DNA of 64,000 nucleotides, from NCBI GenBank assembly GCA_965218795.1, contig OZ244653.1, positions 416,001 to 480,000 on the forward strand, written 5' to 3'. The translations under genes were made by a program, and so were the position numbers. The DNA comes from a bacterium (GTDB lineage: Bacteria; UBA8248; JACPRG01; G963555815). The notes below the pieces were generated by a model. That model searched no databases, was not told the DNA's origin, and worked only from the letters and a program-made list of their open reading frames with translations. The number at the start of each line of letters is the position of its first letter. The stretch's first letter is position 1. Positions 60,240 to 64,000 of this stretch are shown piece by piece.

Positions 60240-60262
60240 AGAGCCGGTTGAGAATTTGTCAA
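60235..60262 (-). promoter_or_regulatory. Sigma70 promoter of the ArsR operon
   Basis: TTGACA (60262-60257), 16 nt, TATACT (60240-60235); ATG follows 7 nt later. Confidence 0.7.
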
Positions 60263-60486
60263 GAAAATATTATAGAAAGTCCATTCTTCTGCCAATGAAG
60301 CGCCTGAATGCGTTCTAGTACTATAACTATTTATTTTTATTCACTTATTTCAGTTCTTCTCCTGTTTCCAGCCCCTTGCATTCCCGCCATGTTTGTGCTC
60401 AAGTACGCACCGAGTTGATGCCGGTCATATTCGTTTTGATTACGGACTTGCACACCGATTGCCATCGTATAAAGGCAAGGAGGACC

Positions 60487-61671
60487 ATGCCCAGAAGAAG
60501 CGAACTCAGGATCACCAAACGCACCGTGGATGCGCTCACCGTCGAAGCCGAGGATGCCGTCTTCTGGGATCGGGACCTGGCCGGCTTCGGGGTGCGGGTC
60601 CATGCCACCGGCCGCAAGGTCTACGTGGTGCAGTCCCGGGGGCCGACCGGGCCGAAGCGTGTGACCCTCGGGCGTCATGGGGACCTGTCGACCGATGAGG
60701 CGAGGAAGCGGGCGGCCGTTGTCATCGACCGCATCAAGCGGGGGGAGGACCCCGTGCCCGCGCCGCCCGAACCGGAGCTCACAGTGTCCGAACTGTCCGA
60801 ACACTTCATGCGCGTCCATGTCAAGGTGCATTGCAAGCCGAGCACGGCCGCCAAGTATCGATTGGTACTCGACAAACACATCTTGCCGGTGCTGGGCGGG
60901 ATGTCAATCAGCGAGGTCGGACGAGGGGAGATTGCGGCGCTGCATCACCGGCTCCACGACACACCTGCAATGGCCAACGGGACGGTCAATATCCTGTCGA
61001 AAATGTTCTCGCTGGCCGAGGCGTGGGACCGGATACCGCCCGGCCGGAACCCGTGCCGGTCGGTGCGCCGTTACAAAATGCGGTCGCGCGAGCGGTTTCT
61101 GACGCCGGAGGAGTTCCGGCGCCTGGGCCGTGTATTGAGGGATGCGGAAACGGACGGCTCGGTGTGGCCGCCGGCGATTGCGGCGCTTCGCCTGCTGATG
61201 TTGACCGGATGCCGGAAGAGCGAGATCCTGACGTTGCGTTGGGACGATGTGGACCGCACGGCGGGCGAACTGAGGCTCAGGGAGGCCAAGTCGGGCCCGC
61301 GCATGGTTCCCCTGACCATGCCTGTGCTAGCGGTGCTCGACGGCATTCCCCGTATCGACGGCAATCCCTGGGTGATTGTGGGCCGGAAGCCGGATTCCCA
61401 CCTGCCTGACCTCCAACGCTACTGGATGCGGATTTGCGAACGCGCCGTACTTGATGACGTTCGGATCCACGACATCCGGCACTCCTATGCCTCGAGGGCC
61501 CTGGCGCTTGGCGAGGGCCTACCCACGATCGGCAAGCTGCTCGGTCACAGGAAGGTGTCGACCACGGCGCGGTACGCACACCTGATGCGGGATGCGGAGA
61601 AGGTCGCGGCCACCCGGGTGGGCGACAGCATCGGGGCCCACATCGGGCCGCGGAGCACCGAGGCAGCATGA
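60487..61671 (+). CDS. Tyrosine recombinase/integrase with arm-binding (DUF4102) domain
   Basis: WD..L.GFGVRV, catalytic R (GCRKSE), K, HDIRH, LGH, RY; AAGGAGG before ATG 60487. Confidence 0.93.
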   Translation: MPRRSELRITKRTVDALTVEAEDAVFWDRDLAGFGVRVHATGRKVYVVQSRGPTGPKRVTLGRHGDLSTDEARKRAAVVIDRIKRGEDPVPAPPEPELTVSELSEHFMRVHVKVHCKPSTAAKYRLVLDKHILPVLGGMSISEVGRGEIAALHHRLHDTPAMANGTVNILSKMFSLAEAWDRIPPGRNPCRSVRRYKMRSRERFLTPEEFRRLGRVLRDAETDGSVWPPAIAALRLLMLTGCRKSEILTLRWDDVDRTAGELRLREAKSGPRMVPLTMPVLAVLDGIPRIDGNPWVIVGRKPDSHLPDLQRYWMRICERAVLDDVRIHDIRHSYASRALALGEGLPTIGKLLGHRKVSTTARYAHLMRDAEKVAATRVGDSIGAHIGPRSTEAA

Positions 61672-62885
61672 GGCTGGATCCGGACATGGCGAAGCTAGCA
61701 TACAAGACGCTCTCGAACCGAACGGTCGAGAAGCTGAAGGTCGAAAAAGACACGGTGTTCTGGGACCACGAGCTCACCGGCTTCGGGGTGCGGGTCTATC
61801 CCACGGGCGGCAAGGTCTATATCGCCCAGGCCCGGGGACGGGGGGGACCGAAGCGGGTCACGGTGGGCCGGCACGGAGTGCTCGGCGCGGAGCAGGCGCG
61901 TCAGAGGGCGGCCTTGATCATCGCCCGGGTCAAGGCGGGCGAGGAGCCGGTGCCCGAGCCCATGGCGGTGAAGCTGTCCGGAGGACCGACCGTGGGCGAG
62001 CTTGCGAGGCGATATCTCGAAGAGCACGTGGCAGTGCGCTACAAGCCGAGTTCCGTGGCATCGACCCGCACGGTGGTCCATCGGCACATCGTGCCCACCC
62101 TCGGCAAGCTGCCGCTTGCGGCGGTCAGTCGCGCACGGGTCATGGAACTGCATGACGAACTCTGCAAAACCCCTGCGATGGCGAACATGGTGGTCCGCAC
62201 CCTGTCGCTGATGTACAGGCTGGCCGAGGGTTGGGGACTCGTTCCGGAGGGTTGTAACCCCTGCCGGCTGGCGGTCAAGTTTCCCGAGCGCAAGCGGGAA
62301 AGGTTTCTGACCGATGGAGAGTTCACCCGCCTGGGAAAGGTGCTGGATGGGGTCGAGACCCGGGGCGGCGCGTCGGCATCCGCGGTGACCGCTCTCCGTC
62401 TGCTCATGCTGACCGGATGCCGGAAGAACGAGATCCTGACCCTGCGCTGGGAGGACGTGGCGCTGGAACTGAACGAATTGAGGCTGCCCGACGCGAAGAC
62501 GGGCGCACGGGTGGTTCCCTTGTCGCCCTCGGCAATGAAGCTTCTTTCCGGTCTGCCTCGGGAACCGGGCAACCCGTGGGTCATTCCCGGGCGGAAGCCG
62601 GGTACGCACATGAGCAACGTGGATCAGGCCTGGCAGGCCATCCGGGCGCGGGCCGGCCTGGAGGACGTCCGGATTCATGACCTGCGTCACAGCTTCGCGT
62701 CCAGGGCCCTGGCACTGGGGGAGAGCTTGCCGATGATCGGCAAGCTGTTGGGCCACAGCCAAGTGGAGACCACGGCCCGGTACGCCCATCTGGCGCGGGA
62801 TTCGGTGCAGGAGGTCGCGGAGCGAATCGCCGACAGCATCGCGGTCGACGTCCTGGGCGAAGGCTGGAAGCAGGCTTCCGGATGA
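61668..62885 (+). CDS. Second tyrosine recombinase/integrase, paralog of the first
   Basis: GCRKNE, KTG, HDLRH, LGH, RYAH; ATGA overlap with integrase 1. Confidence 0.93.
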   Translation: MRLDPDMAKLAYKTLSNRTVEKLKVEKDTVFWDHELTGFGVRVYPTGGKVYIAQARGRGGPKRVTVGRHGVLGAEQARQRAALIIARVKAGEEPVPEPMAVKLSGGPTVGELARRYLEEHVAVRYKPSSVASTRTVVHRHIVPTLGKLPLAAVSRARVMELHDELCKTPAMANMVVRTLSLMYRLAEGWGLVPEGCNPCRLAVKFPERKRERFLTDGEFTRLGKVLDGVETRGGASASAVTALRLLMLTGCRKNEILTLRWEDVALELNELRLPDAKTGARVVPLSPSAMKLLSGLPREPGNPWVIPGRKPGTHMSNVDQAWQAIRARAGLEDVRIHDLRHSFASRALALGESLPMIGKLLGHSQVETTARYAHLARDSVQEVAERIADSIAVDVLGEGWKQASG

Positions 62886-63319
62886 TGCACGTCCATGCCC
62901 TGACAGGATACCCTGCGGTCGGGCCGGACATCACTCCTCGCGCAGAGACCCTTGAGAAATGGTCCGTGAGTTGCTTGGCGAAACCTCGCGTGGCTCCATG
63001 GTGGAGTTGCCCCATGTCCGGAGGAGGCTGTGCAGATCTCGGAAGCGGCGGCAAGCGTGCCAGGGCAGGTCATCCAGTCTGACAAACTGTAATAAAATAG
63101 TTTATTTTCCGCCCCTATACTCAATATAACATACTGAAATTAAATGAATTTTAGATAATTGATTTTGTGGAGCCAGTACAATTTTACCAAATTGGGAATC
63201 TATTGGGAATCAAATGAAAAGCACTCACAGCGCATGCCTGTCGCAGACATAGTCATGCAATCAATGGATCCGCCTAGTGAAGGCATCGCCCCGGTGCATG
63301 GTCCTCGCCAGAGTAAACG

Positions 63320-63396
63320 CGTGACTCACGGCTTCATGATCTTTGTCATTCGTATGCCAGCCGCGCACTGGCGCTTGGTGAGAGCTTGCCGATGAT
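63320..63396 (+). pseudogene. Third integrase fragment cut by the IS
   Basis: RLHDLCHSYASRALALGESLPM, near-identical to the C-terminal motif of both integrases. Confidence 0.75.
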
Positions 63397-64000
63397 GGGG
63401 GTGTTGAAGAACTAGATTCGGGACAGTGCGCGTGCAGGATTATGTGGCGGTGGCCGCCCGGAGGCCGGTTCGGACCGTGTGGGCGCGATGGGCACGCAGT
63501 AGTCCTTCCTGGCGGCCCGGGCCGTCCAGATGGCCCATCGGATTGCAAGCACGGCGGTGGCGAGCCGTTTGAGATTGATCGCCGCGGCCGTCAGGTAGGC
63601 CTGGACCTTCACGTTGTCGAGACCGCGCCGGATCGCGCGCCCGAGGCCGTGCCAGGTCTTCGCCTCGCCGTGGAAGCCTTCCGAACGCCAGAGGTGACGT
63701 TGATACAGCCGCCGATCCTCCTCGCTCCATCGCGCATGCCGGCGACGAGCGCGGAGCAGCGCCGGATAGTCCTGCGGGATCACCACCTCCTTGTTGATGC
63801 GCGTCTTCGGCAGACACGCGCCTTTGAGCGGACAGCGCGCGCAGTCGCTGGTCCTGGAATGGAAGAAGCGTCCGCGCCCGGTGACCCGCAATGGACGCAG
63901 GAGCTTTCCCCGCGGGCACTTCACGATGTTGTTCCGGGCGTCGTAGCGGAAGCGACGCAGGGGAACCCGGCTCCTGGACGGGTCCTTCCGCGCCGGAATG
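63397..64000 (-). mobile_element. IS1182-like insertion sequence (partial); transposase CDS 63412 to >64000
   Basis: FRYD...CP.G, CARCPLK..C, Y.R...EG..GEAK.WHGL.R...RG...V..Q......NLKRL; probable terminal repeat GGGGGTGTTGAAGAAC at 63397-63412. Confidence 0.8.

Noticed and set aside
1-64000. Genome-wide UGA reassignment (code 4 or 25) as the cause of in-frame TGAs
   Set aside because: Many conserved genes end at TGA at their expected C-termini, with ATGA/GTGA coupling (purC/purS, purQ/purL, rpiB/glyA). The confident internal TGAs fall only on catalytic Cys positions.
1-64000. CRISPR array, rRNA, tRNA (including tRNA-Sec) or sel genes
   Set aside because: No regularly spaced repeats, cloverleaf or SelA/B/D motifs found by eye; a covariance-model scan would be more sensitive.

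Overview
GC-rich bacterial chromosome segment; the lineage cannot be fixed from the sequence. It carries core operons (purB-purC-purS-purQ-purL, purF; pheA-hisC-tyrA/cmk-rpsA-sppA-ihfB; miaA-aroK-aroC-aroA; rpiB-glyA-nrdR). A large accessory catabolic/redox block holds tandem ZIP transporters, a peptide-type ABC system with a deaminase, an hcrCAB-like Mo-hydroxylase, three tandem MetE-II-type zinc enzymes, dihydropyrimidinase, NadX, a TPP enzyme and an AOR. The right end has tandem tyrosine integrases, an integrase remnant and an IS1182-like transposase. Main result: four genes that the ORF track splits or truncates have an in-frame TGA exactly at the catalytic Cys, each followed by a SECIS-like hairpin with a G/GU loop 20-27 nt downstream. 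These are an exported AhpC/TSA-like protein (UGIC), a DsbA/FrnE-like protein (UPWA), an O6-methylguanine-DNA methyltransferase (PUHRV) and an exported DipZ-type thioredoxin (UFNC). A fifth, weaker candidate is a cupin with an in-frame TGA and a hairpin. This points to a selenoprotein-rich organism, with a probable selenocysteine DNA-repair enzyme. No rRNA, tRNA, CRISPR array or sel machinery gene was seen. Family calls come from motif recognition only; no database search was run.
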